DNA from: Dehalococcoidia bacterium
GTDB taxonomy: Bacteria > Chloroflexota > Dehalococcoidia > Lucifugimonadales > JADFKI01
Direction: 5' to 3'
Length of the DNA: 64,000 bases
NCBI GenBank assembly: GCA_965242555.1
Contig: CBDESO010000010.1
Location: 37,026 to 101,025 of the forward strand
Part shown: in pieces, positions 30,471 to 39,137 of the stretch
How the letters are laid out: each line of letters starts with the position of its first letter
Position numbering within the stretch: the stretch's first letter is position 1
Position numbers and translations under genes: made by a program
Notes under the pieces: generated by a model
What the model was told of the DNA's origin: nothing
Database searches by the model: none
Seen by the model: only the letters and a program-made list of their open reading frames with translations

Positions 30471-31499
30471 ATGGTCCTAGAATATACCCCCTTCGCCATC
30501 TCCGAAATCGAAGAGGAAGAAGAAGAAGTCTCCCTCAGCCCCGAAATCAAGCAACTCGAAACCGCCCCACGATACGGCAGATTCGCCATTGAACCCCTCG
30601 AGCCCGGCTACGGCATGACGCTCGGCAACCCCCTGCGCCGCGTACTCTACGGCTCGCTAATCGGCGCCGCCGTCACCTGGGTCAAAATCGACGGCATACT
30701 CCACGAATACGAAACCATCGCCAATATGAAAGAGGAAGTCTCCGAATTCCTCCTCAACATCAAAGGCATCCGCCTGCGCTCCGAAACCGACCGCCCCGGC
30801 AAACTCCGTCTGGAAGTCGCCGGCGAAGGCCAAGTCTGCGCCGCCGACATTATGGCGTCCGCCAATTTCGAAATCGTCAACCCCGAACTCCACCTAGCCA
30901 CCCTAGACTCCCCCGACGCCAAACTCGCCGTCGAGTTCAACGTCGAGCAAGGCGTCGGCTACAAAGAGGCGGCCGGCGTCGAAGACGAGGCTATCGGCAC
31001 CCTCCCCGTGGACGCCGTTTTCACGCCCATCCGCAAAGCCAACTACCGCGTAGAACCCACCCGCGTAGGCCAGCGCACCGACTACGAGCGCCTAGTCGTG
31101 GACATCTGGACGGACGGATCCATCCAACCCGTGGACGCGCTCCGCCAAGCCGGCGACATCCTGATGAACAAGTTCTTCCTATTCTCCAAAATCCAAGTGG
31201 ACGCCGCGGACGCAGGCGTCCCCGCCATCGTCCCCAGCATATCCCCCGAAAAATACAACATCGTGGTAGAGCGCCTAGAGCTCTCTTCCCGAACCCTAAA
31301 CTGCCTCAAGCGCGCCAACATCAACAAAGTCGGCGAAGTCCTTGAACGCAGCAAAGAAGAACTTATCGCCATCCGCAACTTCGGCGAGAAATCCTACACC
31401 GAACTCTTCGACCAGCTCCGCAAAATGGATCTGCTGCCCACCAACCTAGACCCGCTAAACCAACAAGACCCCGTCGGCGCGACAGCCGACGAAGACTAA
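30471..31499 (+). CDS. rpoA: DNA-directed RNA polymerase alpha subunit
   Basis: FAIEPLEPGYGMTLGNPLRRVL, C-terminal domain ELSSRTLNCLKRANINKVGEV. The N-terminus carries an EEEEEE run. Confidence 0.95.
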   Translation: MVLEYTPFAISEIEEEEEEVSLSPEIKQLETAPRYGRFAIEPLEPGYGMTLGNPLRRVLYGSLIGAAVTWVKIDGILHEYETIANMKEEVSEFLLNIKGIRLRSETDRPGKLRLEVAGEGQVCAADIMASANFEIVNPELHLATLDSPDAKLAVEFNVEQGVGYKEAAGVEDEAIGTLPVDAVFTPIRKANYRVEPTRVGQRTDYERLVVDIWTDGSIQPVDALRQAGDILMNKFFLFSKIQVDAADAGVPAIVPSISPEKYNIVVERLELSSRTLNCLKRANINKVGEVLERSKEELIAIRNFGEKSYTELFDQLRKMDLLPTNLDPLNQQDPVGATADED

Positions 31500-31605
31500 C
31501 AGAGAAACTAACCGCAAGACCAACCCCAAACCTGCTAAAATAAAACGCTACCCCAACGCGACAACCTGACCCTGATAACCTAACAAGGAGAAAGAGAGGT
31601 AGAAA

Positions 31606-31959
31606 ATGAGACACCGCCTCTCCGGCAGAAAGCTCAACCGCCCCACCGCGCACCGCATGCTAATGCTGCGCGGCATGGTCACCGACCTCATCCGCTACGA
31701 ATCCATCACCACAACCGAGCCCAAAGCGCGCGAAGTCCGCCGCCTCGCCGAAAAAATCATCACGCGCGGCAAAGGCGGCAGCCTGCACGACCGCCGCCAA
31801 GCCGCCGCGTTCCTAACCACCGACGACGCCCTGAGCAAAGTCTTCGACGAACTCTCGGAACGCTACAACGACCGGCCCGGCGGCTACACCCGCATCACCA
31901 AAACCGCCCCCCGCAAAGGCGACGCAGCCCCTATGGCCGTCCTAGAACTCATACAATAA
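31606..31959 (+). CDS. rplQ: 50S ribosomal protein L17
   Basis: [41 protein letters not shown]. Confidence 0.96.
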   Translation: MRHRLSGRKLNRPTAHRMLMLRGMVTDLIRYESITTTEPKAREVRRLAEKIITRGKGGSLHDRRQAAAFLTTDDALSKVFDELSERYNDRPGGYTRITKTAPRKGDAAPMAVLELIQ

Positions 31960-31977
31960 CGCCACGCAGGCCGCGCA

Positions 31978-32733
31978 ATGCGACTAGCCTTAACAATTGA
32001 ATACGAGGGAACGCGCTACCACGGCTTCCAATCCCAGGCAAACGCCCCCACCATCCAGGCAGAGCTGGAGCGCGCCATCCGCCAACTCACCGGCGATCCC
32101 ACCCGCGTCCAAGCCGCCGGCCGAACCGACGCCGGCGTCCACGCCCTAGCCCAAGTCATCGCCTTTGACACAAACGCCGCCCACCCGCCGCGCACGTTCA
32201 TCCGCGCCCTAAACCACTACCTGCCCTCCGACATCGCCGTCAAAAGCGCAAGCGTAGCCCCCGCCCACTTCGACCCGCGCCGCCACGCCCGCCGCCGCGC
32301 CTACCGCTACCGCATCCTAACCGGCCCAACCCGATCCCCGCTCGCCCGCCGCTTCGCCTGCCACATCCCGCAGCCCCTAGACATCCCGCGGATGCAAGCC
32401 GCCGCAACCCTATTCCTAGGCAATCACGACTTCACCCGCTTCGCCGCCCCATTGCCGCCCGGCAAATCCCCCGTCCGAGAAGTCTTCAGCGCAACCGTCA
32501 GCCAAGCCGGCCCCGAAATCATCTTTGACATCACAGCCAACGCATTCCTCCGCCGCCAAGTCCGCCGCATGACAGGCGCCCTAGCCGACATAGGCTTGGG
32601 CAAGCTAACAATCCCCGACATCCAAACCCTGCTAGCCAACCCGCCCGGCGGCGCTATCGCCCCAACCGCGCGATCCCTACCCCCGCAAGGCTTATGCCTA
32701 ATCAGCATAGAATACGACAATTTCACCCCATAA
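31978..32733 (+). CDS. truA: tRNA pseudouridine(38-40) synthase
   Basis: IEYEGTRYHGFQSQ, AAGRTDAGVHALAQV (catalytic Asp), HDFTRF. Confidence 0.92.
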   Translation: MRLALTIEYEGTRYHGFQSQANAPTIQAELERAIRQLTGDPTRVQAAGRTDAGVHALAQVIAFDTNAAHPPRTFIRALNHYLPSDIAVKSASVAPAHFDPRRHARRRAYRYRILTGPTRSPLARRFACHIPQPLDIPRMQAAATLFLGNHDFTRFAAPLPPGKSPVREVFSATVSQAGPEIIFDITANAFLRRQVRRMTGALADIGLGKLTIPDIQTLLANPPGGAIAPTARSLPPQGLCLISIEYDNFTP

Positions 32734-32794
32734 CCGATACCCCGTCAACCGACCATACACCGCAAACCAATCCAACAACCAACAGGTGAACCAA

Positions 32795-33250
32795 ATGGCA
32801 AACAGCAACAAACACTACCAAACCAAAGCCGCCGAACTCACCCCCGAATGGCACATCGTTGACGCCGAAAACAAAACGCTCGGCAGGCTGTCATCCGAAA
32901 TCGCCGTGCTGCTGCAAGGCAAGCACAAGCCCATCTACGTCCCCCACCTCAACACCGGCGACTACGTCATCGTCATCAACGCCGAAAAAATCCGCGTCAC
33001 CGGCGCAAAGCGCGAGCAAAAAATGTACTACCGCCACAGCGGCTACCACGGCGGCCTAACCGAGCGCACCCTCCAGCAAATGCTGGACAAAACCCCCACC
33101 CGCGTCCTGACCCAATCCGTCAAAGGCATGCTCCCCAAAAACGCCCTCGGCCGCCACATGCTCGCCCGGATGAAAGTCTATGCCGGCCCCGAACACCCCC
33201 ACCAAGCCCAAATCGCAACCCAATCAGCCGCCGAACAACCCGCCGTCTAA
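32795..33250 (+). CDS. rplM: 50S ribosomal protein L13
   Basis: WHIVDAENKTLGRLSSEIAVLLQGKHKP. ATG 32795 preferred (AGGTGA 6 nt upstream) over the track GTG 32786. Confidence 0.95.
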   Translation: MANSNKHYQTKAAELTPEWHIVDAENKTLGRLSSEIAVLLQGKHKPIYVPHLNTGDYVIVINAEKIRVTGAKREQKMYYRHSGYHGGLTERTLQQMLDKTPTRVLTQSVKGMLPKNALGRHMLARMKVYAGPEHPHQAQIATQSAAEQPAV

Positions 33251-33297
33251 CCGCAGTTAACCCGAACACGCCAACGCGACACAGGAGCGAACCCGCT

Positions 33298-33714
33298 TTG
33301 ACAACCCAACTCACCCCCCAGCAGCCCCAGCATTACTACTACGCCACCGGCCGCCGCAAATCCGCCATCGCCCGTGTGCGCCTCTATATGGAAAGCGGCC
33401 CCGTCATCGTCAACGGCAAGCCCCTTGAAGAGGCATTCCCCTGGGACAACTGGCAGCGCGAAATCCTGGAGCCGTTTCGCATCACCCACTCCGGCGGCCA
33501 ATTTCGCATCGTCGCCAAAGTAACCGGCGGCGGCGTAACCGGCCAGGCGGGCGCCCTGCGGCACGGCATCTCCCGCGCCCTCATAGAGGCCGACCCCGCC
33601 CTGCGCCCCTCCCTCAAGCGCGCCGGCATGCTCACCCGCGACCCCCGCGTCAAAGAGCGCCGCAAATACGGCCTCAAAAAAGCCCGCAAAGCCCAACAAT
33701 ACACCAAACGCTAA
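33298..33714 (+). CDS. rpsI: 30S ribosomal protein S9
   Basis: TTG start. YATGRRKSAIARVRL, GGGVTGQAGALRHGISRAL, RDPRVKERRKYGLKKARKAQQYTKR. Confidence 0.95.
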   Translation: MTTQLTPQQPQHYYYATGRRKSAIARVRLYMESGPVIVNGKPLEEAFPWDNWQREILEPFRITHSGGQFRIVAKVTGGGVTGQAGALRHGISRALIEADPALRPSLKRAGMLTRDPRVKERRKYGLKKARKAQQYTKR

Positions 33715-33745
33715 CAGCCGCCCGCCCTATACTTTCGCGCCCTAA

Positions 33746-33783
33746 CGCCCCCGCTTGCCCTTTGGCGGGGGCGCATTTTCATT
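33746..33783 (+). terminator. Rho-independent terminator closing the ribosomal superoperon
   Basis: CGCCCCCGC (33746-33754), 10-nt loop, GCGGGGGCG (33765-33773), followed by CATTTTCATT. Confidence 0.7.
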
Positions 33784-33820
33784 CACGCCGCCGCCCCAAA
33801 GCGCAACGCCTGTGCTATCC

Positions 33821-33831
33821 TGTGCTATAAT
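33821..33831 (+). promoter_or_regulatory. extended -10 promoter for the MTase-HNH gene
   Basis: TGTGCTATAAT: TGc + TATAAT (33826-33831), preceded by the direct repeat CTGTGCTAT x2. No clear -35. Lies 59 nt upstream of ATG 33890. Confidence 0.45.
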
Positions 33832-33889
33832 CACACTATCGCCCCAGTACGCCCGCCGCATACGACCCAGCCCAAAGGACGGCATCCCA

Positions 33890-35353
33890 ATGGCAGAGCG
33901 AAACTTCCAAAACCGCACCCTCTTCAAAGGCGATAATCTAGACTTCCTGCGCGGGATGAACAGCCAAACCGTCGACCTAATCGCCACCGACCCGCCATTC
34001 AACAAGGGCAAAGACTTTCACGCAACCCCCGAAAGCCTAGCCGCCGGCGCCCGCTTTCAAGACAGGTGGACTTGGGACGACGACGTCCAAACCGATTGGG
34101 TGGACGACATCAAAGACGACCACCCCCGCGTATATTCGCTCATAAACCACGTCGTAGGCGGCATTGACAACGATCCCAAAACGCGCAAACGTCTAGGCGG
34201 ACGCGAAGACCTCGCCGCGTTCCTCTGCTTTATGGGCGTAAGGCTGATAGAGATGCGCCGCATACTCAAAGACACCGGCAGCCTCTACCTGCACTGCGAC
34301 CCAACCGCCAGCCACTACCTCAAATCCCTGCTGGACGCCATATTCGGCGATAAGAACTTTCGCAACGAGATTATCTGGCACTATCGCAGATGGACTGCAT
34401 CCGCCAAAAATTTCCAGCGAATGCACGATGTTATATTCCGATACACAAAGTCAAGCTCCAACGACTTTGTGTTCAATCTGCAGTACGAACCCTACGGTGA
34501 TTGGATAAAGAAAGATTACCAGTACGTCGACGAAGAGACGGGCAAGAGATGGCGCTGGCACACGGTCAAGGGACGCCGCTACAAGGTGTTTCTTGAAGAC
34601 GAAAACAAAGGCGTCAAACTCAACGACGTGTGGACAATCCCCTATCTGGGTTCGACGGCGAAAGAGCGAATGGGCTACCCCACGCAAAAACCCCTAGCCC
34701 TCTACGAGCGCATCATCAAAGCCTCGTCCAACGAGGGCGACATGGTTCTTGACCCATTCTGCGGCTGCGCCACCACGCCCATCGCCGCCGAGCGCCTGCG
34801 GCGGCAGTGGGTCGGAATGGACTTGTGGGATGGCGCGTATGATATAGTCAAGCGGCGAATGGACGACAACATGCAACTGCTCGCCGACCCCAATCCGCGC
34901 ATCATCTTTTGGGATAAAGAGCAACAAGGCTTGCCCATCCGAACAGACGGCGGCGAGGACGCGCCCGCCTTTGTGCTGGAGCTGCGCGAGCAGTACCCAA
35001 AAGAAAGGTGGCAGACGCTTTCGCATAAAGAGATGCGGGACATTCTAGTTGAGGCGCAAGCCTCGGCGGAAACCGGGCATGTGAACTGCGCGGGATGCGG
35101 CATTAGCCTGCCCGCCGAATACTTTGAGCTTGACCACATCACCCCCCGCGCGGAGGGCGGCGAAAACTGGATCACAAACCGCGTGCTGCTTTGCAGCCCC
35201 TGCAACCGCATCAAGAGCGCCGACCTAACCATTCGGGGATTGCACAGGCACAACAAGCGGGAGCGCCGGATGTACAGCGAGCGCGATGCGATAACCGCCC
35301 TAAACAACGCGCGCGCCGCCGCCCAAAGAGTAAAGCGCGAGCGCGGCCGCTAA
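33890..35353 (+). CDS. beta-class N4/N6 DNA methyltransferase fused to a C-terminal HNH endonuclease domain
   Basis: Motif IV DPPFNKG precedes motif I VLDPFCGCATT (beta-class order). The C-terminus has CAGCG...ELDHITPRAEGGENWITNRVLLCSPCNRIKS (CxxC...DH...N...CxxC HNH finger). Start ATG 33890 (MAERNFQNRTLF) avoids the terminator that the track start 33755 overlaps. Confidence 0.85.
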   Translation: MAERNFQNRTLFKGDNLDFLRGMNSQTVDLIATDPPFNKGKDFHATPESLAAGARFQDRWTWDDDVQTDWVDDIKDDHPRVYSLINHVVGGIDNDPKTRKRLGGREDLAAFLCFMGVRLIEMRRILKDTGSLYLHCDPTASHYLKSLLDAIFGDKNFRNEIIWHYRRWTASAKNFQRMHDVIFRYTKSSSNDFVFNLQYEPYGDWIKKDYQYVDEETGKRWRWHTVKGRRYKVFLEDENKGVKLNDVWTIPYLGSTAKERMGYPTQKPLALYERIIKASSNEGDMVLDPFCGCATTPIAAERLRRQWVGMDLWDGAYDIVKRRMDDNMQLLADPNPRIIFWDKEQQGLPIRTDGGEDAPAFVLELREQYPKERWQTLSHKEMRDILVEAQASAETGHVNCAGCGISLPAEYFELDHITPRAEGGENWITNRVLLCSPCNRIKSADLTIRGLHRHNKRERRMYSERDAITALNNARAAAQRVKRERGR

Positions 35354-35443
35354 CCCGCCCAACGCCTAACCCAACCCGCTTGCGCCCTTTGCGATATAAT
35401 TCCCCCACCAAACTACCATTGCAACCCGCCCCCACAAACCCCA

Positions 35444-36748
35444 ATGCCCAAACCCCCAATCCACATCCTCTACATATCCCAATACTTCCCCCCCGAATTC
35501 GGCGCCGGCTCAGCCCGCGCCTACGAGCTCGCCAAGCGCTGGGCAGACGCCGGCAACCGCGTCACCGTCCTAACCGGCTTCCCATCCTACCCCACCGGCG
35601 GCCCGCCTCCCCCGTCCGGCGCATCCCGCGCCGCCCTACTCACCCGCCGCGAGCGCGTGGACGGCATAACCATCATCCGCTCCCGCGCCATAAACGTCGG
35701 CAAGCGCCGCTCCCGCGACCGCCTGCTCGCCTACTCATCCTTCGCCCTATCCGCCGCCCTGCGCGGCATAGCCCTAACTCGCCCCAACATCATCGTCGCG
35801 TCATCCCCCCCGCTCACCGTCGGCATGATTGGCTGGTGGATAAGCCGCGTCAAACGCGCCCCATTCGTCCTAGACGTCCGCGACCTATGGCCCCAATCCA
35901 TCACCGACCTCGGTGCCGCCGACCCCGGCTCCCTCCCCGACCGCGCCCTCGCCGCAATGGCCGACTTCCTATACCAACGCGCCGCCCGCGTAGCCGTAAC
36001 CTCCCCCGCCACCGCAAACGCGCTCACCGACCGCAACAAACTCCCCCCCAACGCCATCCTCACAATCCCAAACGGCGTAGAAACCGCCACATTCGCCCCC
36101 GCATCCGACCCTACCGCCGCCCCCAACGCCATCCCCGGCGACGACCCCGCCGCCCAACATACCCGCCAATCCCTCGGCCTAGCCGACAAATTCGTCATCT
36201 CATTCATAGGCACAATCGGCATGGCGCAAGACCTAGACACCATCATCAGCGCCGCCGAAATCTTGGCGACCAGCGCCCCCCAAGCCCACTTCCTATTCAT
36301 AGGCGACGGCCCCGCCAAGCAACGCGCCGTGGACGCCGTCGCCGACCGCAACCTGCCCAACATCACATTCCTGCCCGTACAGCCGCGCCAGCGCATCCCC
36401 GAACTCATCCGCGCCAGCCACGCCTGCCTTGTAACCCTCCGCAAAACCCCCGTCAACGACATCATAATCCCCGTCAGGATGCTCGAGTTCATGTCCTGCG
36501 CCAGCCCCGTCCTGCTCGCCGCCGCCGGCGAACCCGCCCGCATCCTCCGCGAGGCGCGCGCCGGCCTAATCATCCCCCAGCAAGACCCCGCCGCCCTAGC
36601 CCACGCCATCGCCCGCCTCATCGCCGCCCCCGCCCTCCGCCACCGGCTCGGCGCATCCGGCCGCGCCCACATCCTCCGCCACTTCTCCCGCCCCCAAACC
36701 GCCAACGCCTACCTAACCGCCCTCCGCCAAATCGCCGACGCCCCCTAG
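35444..36748 (+). CDS. GT4-family glycosyltransferase (WcaI-like)
   Basis: ILYISQYFPPEFGAGSARAYELAKRWADAGNRVTVLTGFPSYP N-terminus. C-terminal GT-B half with E-x7-E-like MLEFMSCASPVL. Confidence 0.8.
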   Translation: MPKPPIHILYISQYFPPEFGAGSARAYELAKRWADAGNRVTVLTGFPSYPTGGPPPPSGASRAALLTRRERVDGITIIRSRAINVGKRRSRDRLLAYSSFALSAALRGIALTRPNIIVASSPPLTVGMIGWWISRVKRAPFVLDVRDLWPQSITDLGAADPGSLPDRALAAMADFLYQRAARVAVTSPATANALTDRNKLPPNAILTIPNGVETATFAPASDPTAAPNAIPGDDPAAQHTRQSLGLADKFVISFIGTIGMAQDLDTIISAAEILATSAPQAHFLFIGDGPAKQRAVDAVADRNLPNITFLPVQPRQRIPELIRASHACLVTLRKTPVNDIIIPVRMLEFMSCASPVLLAAAGEPARILREARAGLIIPQQDPAALAHAIARLIAAPALRHRLGASGRAHILRHFSRPQTANAYLTALRQIADAP

Positions 36749-36776
36749 CAAGCCGCCGCCCTCAACCCAGTTTTGA

Positions 36777-36803
36777 TTGACAGACGCAGGGGGATGATAA
36801 AAT
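36777..36803 (+). promoter_or_regulatory. possible sigma70 promoter with extended -10
   Basis: TTGACA (36777-36782), 15-nt spacer, TGaTAAAAT (36795-36803). Spacer is short. About 250 nt of non-coding, hairpin-rich sequence follows before the first Uma2 gene. Confidence 0.35.
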
Positions 36804-36983
36804 CGGGATAGATGGGCGCGAAATATGAGGCGCAAACGGGGTGGCGGCGGGCAAACGAGGCGCGGGCGCGAAACAATAAGGCGCATGCAGCGCAACCGGC
36901 ATGCGGCGCTAATCGTTGCTGATAACGATGAGAAAGGCTTGCGCGGTAGTATAGATAGCGCATGAAAATCTCGCGCGGCGCGC

Positions 36984-37011
36984 GTATAATGCGCTTGATG
37001 GCATAGCAACG
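36984..37011 (+). repeat. 28-nt leader repeat, copy 1 (contains TATAAT)
   Basis: GTATAATGCGCTTGATGGCATAGCAACG, identical to 37926-37953. Lies 45 nt upstream of Uma2 gene 1. Confidence 0.9.
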
Positions 37012-37055
37012 ATTCTTGTAAGCCCTAAGAGAATAAGCGAAAGGCAGCGGCAGCA

Positions 37056-37911
37056 ATGACTACCGGCGCAACCCTAGTTAAATTTGCTAAATTGGCGTTA
37101 CGGGACCCTCACTATCCCGACGCGCCGCCGCGTGATGATATGCAGCAACTGCGTTACCTACACAAGCGCTCCGTCATAGCGGCGCTGATAAAGCGTTTTG
37201 GCGATCCTGACGCCACTTTTATGGGGACTAGGGCGCATCTGGGCTCCAGCCTGAGCGAGCCGGACGACGCCCGAATCCCCGACTTGATGGCGGCGTTCAA
37301 CTGCGACGTGGCGCGGGTTTGGGAAGACAATGGCTACTGCGTCGCCAGCCAGCCGCATGCGCCGCAATTCGTGTTAGAAATAGCCTTGCGCGGCGGCGGC
37401 GTAGTGGACTGCGCCGAAAAGCGCGCCGACTACGAGTGCTACGGCGTAGCCGAGTACTGGCGCTTCGACCCCGCCGCCGGCGACTATCTCGCCCTCGCCT
37501 GCGACCGGCTAACCGGCGGCCGTTACGAGCCCGTCTCAATCAGACTGGTTTGACGCCCAGCGCGGGCGCGCCTACAGCCGGGCGCTGGGGCTATACGTCT
37601 GCTGGGAGCGGGAGCAACTGCTGTTCTTTGACCCGGATCAGGGGCGGCATCTCCGCAGTTACGCCGAGTCTGCGGATGAGCGGCGGCGGGCTGAGTGGCG
37701 GGCGGCGGATGCGGCTGACGCGCGGCGGCGGGCTGAGGCGCGCACGGATGCAGAGGCAGAGGCGCGGCGCCAGATTGAGGCGAGGGCGGCGGCTGAGGCG
37801 CGCACGGCGGCTGAGGCGGCGAGTCGGCAGGCAGAGGCAGAGGCGAGGGCGGAGGTGGCAGAGGCGCGGCTCGCCGAACTGGAGCGGGAACGGCGAGATG
37901 GCGGCGCATGA
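37056..37911 (+). pseudogene. Uma2-family (DUF820) PD-(D/E)XK endonuclease with Ala/Arg/Glu coiled-coil tail, frameshifted copy
   Basis: Frame 0 ends ...GGRYEPVSIRLV at TGA 37551-37553. The next frame from 37543 reads DWFDAQRGRAYSRALGLYVCWERE...AEARLAELERERRDGGA to TGA 37909-37911. That is colinear with the intact paralog; one extra nt near 37545. Confidence 0.75.
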
Positions 37912-37925
37912 ACACGCTCGCGGCG

Positions 37926-37953
37926 AACAGGTATAGTATAATGCGCTTGATGG
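37926..37953 (+). repeat. 28-nt leader repeat, copy 2
   Basis: Identical to 36984-37011. Lies 45 nt upstream of Uma2 gene 2. Confidence 0.9.
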
Positions 37954-37997
37954 CATAGCAACGGCTCCGCTACGCGAGCCAAGGCGAGAGGTAGGAT

Positions 37998-38843
37998 ATG
38001 ACTACCCAAACAATTCTAGTTGAACCGGCGCGGCGGCATGCCCCGTATCCCGACGCGCCGCAGCGTGATGACATGCAGAATTCGATTTACCTATACGAGC
38101 GCTCCGCCACAGAGGCGCTGATGGACCATTTGGGCAACATGGACGGCACGCTGGTGAGGAATGAGGCGCGGCTGGGGCCTAGCCTGAGCGTTCCGGGGGA
38201 CACCCGAGTTCCTGATCTGATGGTGGCGTTCAATTGCGACGTTGCGCGGGTTCAGGAAGACAACGGGTATTCCTTGGAGCGTCAGCCGCATCCGCCGGAG
38301 TTCGTGCTGGAGGTGGCGTCGCACACCACCGGATCTGTGGACTACACCGAAAAGCGCGCTGACTACGCCCGCTACGGCGTTGGCAAGTACTGGCGGTTTG
38401 ACCCGACGGGCGGGGATTATCACGACCGCTCTCTGGCGGGGGATAAGCTGGTCGGCGGCGTGTATGAGCCGATAGCGATTGCGTGGACTGACGCCGAGCA
38501 TGGGAGCGGGTATAGCGAGGCGCTGGGATTGTATGTGTGCTGGGAGCGGGATGTTCTGCGGTTTTATGACCCGGCGCAGGGGCGGTATCTGCGAACGATG
38601 GATGAGAGCGAGGATCGCGGGGATGCTGATGCGGCTGAGCGGCGGGCTGAGGCAGTTGCTCGGCGGGTGGCAGACGCGCGGGCGGACGCTGAGGCTGAGC
38701 GGCGGCGGCGGGCGGATGAGGCGCGGCGGCAGGCGGCGGCGCGGGCTGAGGCTGACGCGCGGCTACGGGCTGAGGCGCGGGCTGAGGCGGCCGAGGCGCG
38801 GCTTGCCGAGATGGAACGGGAGCGGCGAGAGGGCGGCGGGTAG
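37998..38843 (+). CDS. Uma2-family (DUF820) endonuclease with C-terminal Ala/Arg/Glu-rich coiled-coil extension
   Basis: VPDLMVAFNCDV, PEFVLEVAS, GVGKYWRFDP (family hallmark E/KYW-x-x-DP). Tail AERRAEAVARRVADARADAEAERRRRADEARRQAAARAEADARLRAEARAEAAEARLAEMERERREGGG. Confidence 0.8.
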   Translation: MTTQTILVEPARRHAPYPDAPQRDDMQNSIYLYERSATEALMDHLGNMDGTLVRNEARLGPSLSVPGDTRVPDLMVAFNCDVARVQEDNGYSLERQPHPPEFVLEVASHTTGSVDYTEKRADYARYGVGKYWRFDPTGGDYHDRSLAGDKLVGGVYEPIAIAWTDAEHGSGYSEALGLYVCWERDVLRFYDPAQGRYLRTMDESEDRGDADAAERRAEAVARRVADARADAEAERRRRADEARRQAAARAEADARLRAEARAEAAEARLAEMERERREGGG

Positions 38844-38965
38844 GCGCAGCGCTCTGCGGGCAGTCGGTTCTACGGCAAAACAATGAGATATATCAGTTGA
38901 TACACCTCGCGCAGCTACCCGAATTCTGAACTGGTCACCCATCCGATAATCCTACGTTAACTTCA

Positions 38966-39010
38966 CTCACCCAAAAGTTTTGGCTACTTTTTACAAAAAG
39001 TAGCATACCT
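38966..39010 (+). repeat. AT-rich double-palindrome intergenic element, copy A
   Basis: CTCACCCAAAAGTTTTGGCTACTTTTTACAAAAAGTAGCATACCT. Palindrome 1 is CCAAAAGTTTTGG; palindrome 2 is GCTACTTTTT-AC-AAAAAGTAGC. Confidence 0.85.
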
Positions 39011-39030
39011 CTTTGCTTGCCTATCCCCCC

Positions 39031-39071
39031 CAAACGCAAAACTACGCCGCCTCCCCGTTTGGGGAGGCGGC
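39031..39071 (-). terminator. Rho-independent terminator of the giant surface-protein gene
   Basis: Perfect 11-bp stem GCCGCCTCCCC (39046-39056) / GGGGAGGCGGC (39061-39071). On the minus strand it is followed by GTAGTTTTGCGTTTG. A second hairpin GGCGGCGA/TCGCCGCC lies nearer the stop. Confidence 0.65.
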
Positions 39072-39137
39072 GCATCTTATCGCTTATCCGGTTATCGCTT
39101 ATGGGCGGCGACGGGCTCGCCGCCGCCCTATTCGCGC

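Noticed and set aside
35191-36780. 529-aa + strand ORF overlapping the glycosyltransferase gene. Similar long alternative-frame or antisense ORFs occur elsewhere (for example 39585..41348, 43497..44669, 47262..48353, 49627..50769, 52991..53959, 60488..61450).
   Set aside because: Their translations are Arg/Pro/His-rich low complexity with no motifs. Each overlaps a gene with strong family signatures. Long spurious ORFs in all six frames are expected at this GC content.
38966-39010. AT-rich palindromic elements interpreted as simple Rho-independent terminators.
   Set aside because: The stems are almost entirely A-T with 2-nt loops. Copies A and D are already preceded by canonical GC-rich terminators. 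Orientation is constant irrespective of the upstream gene's strand.
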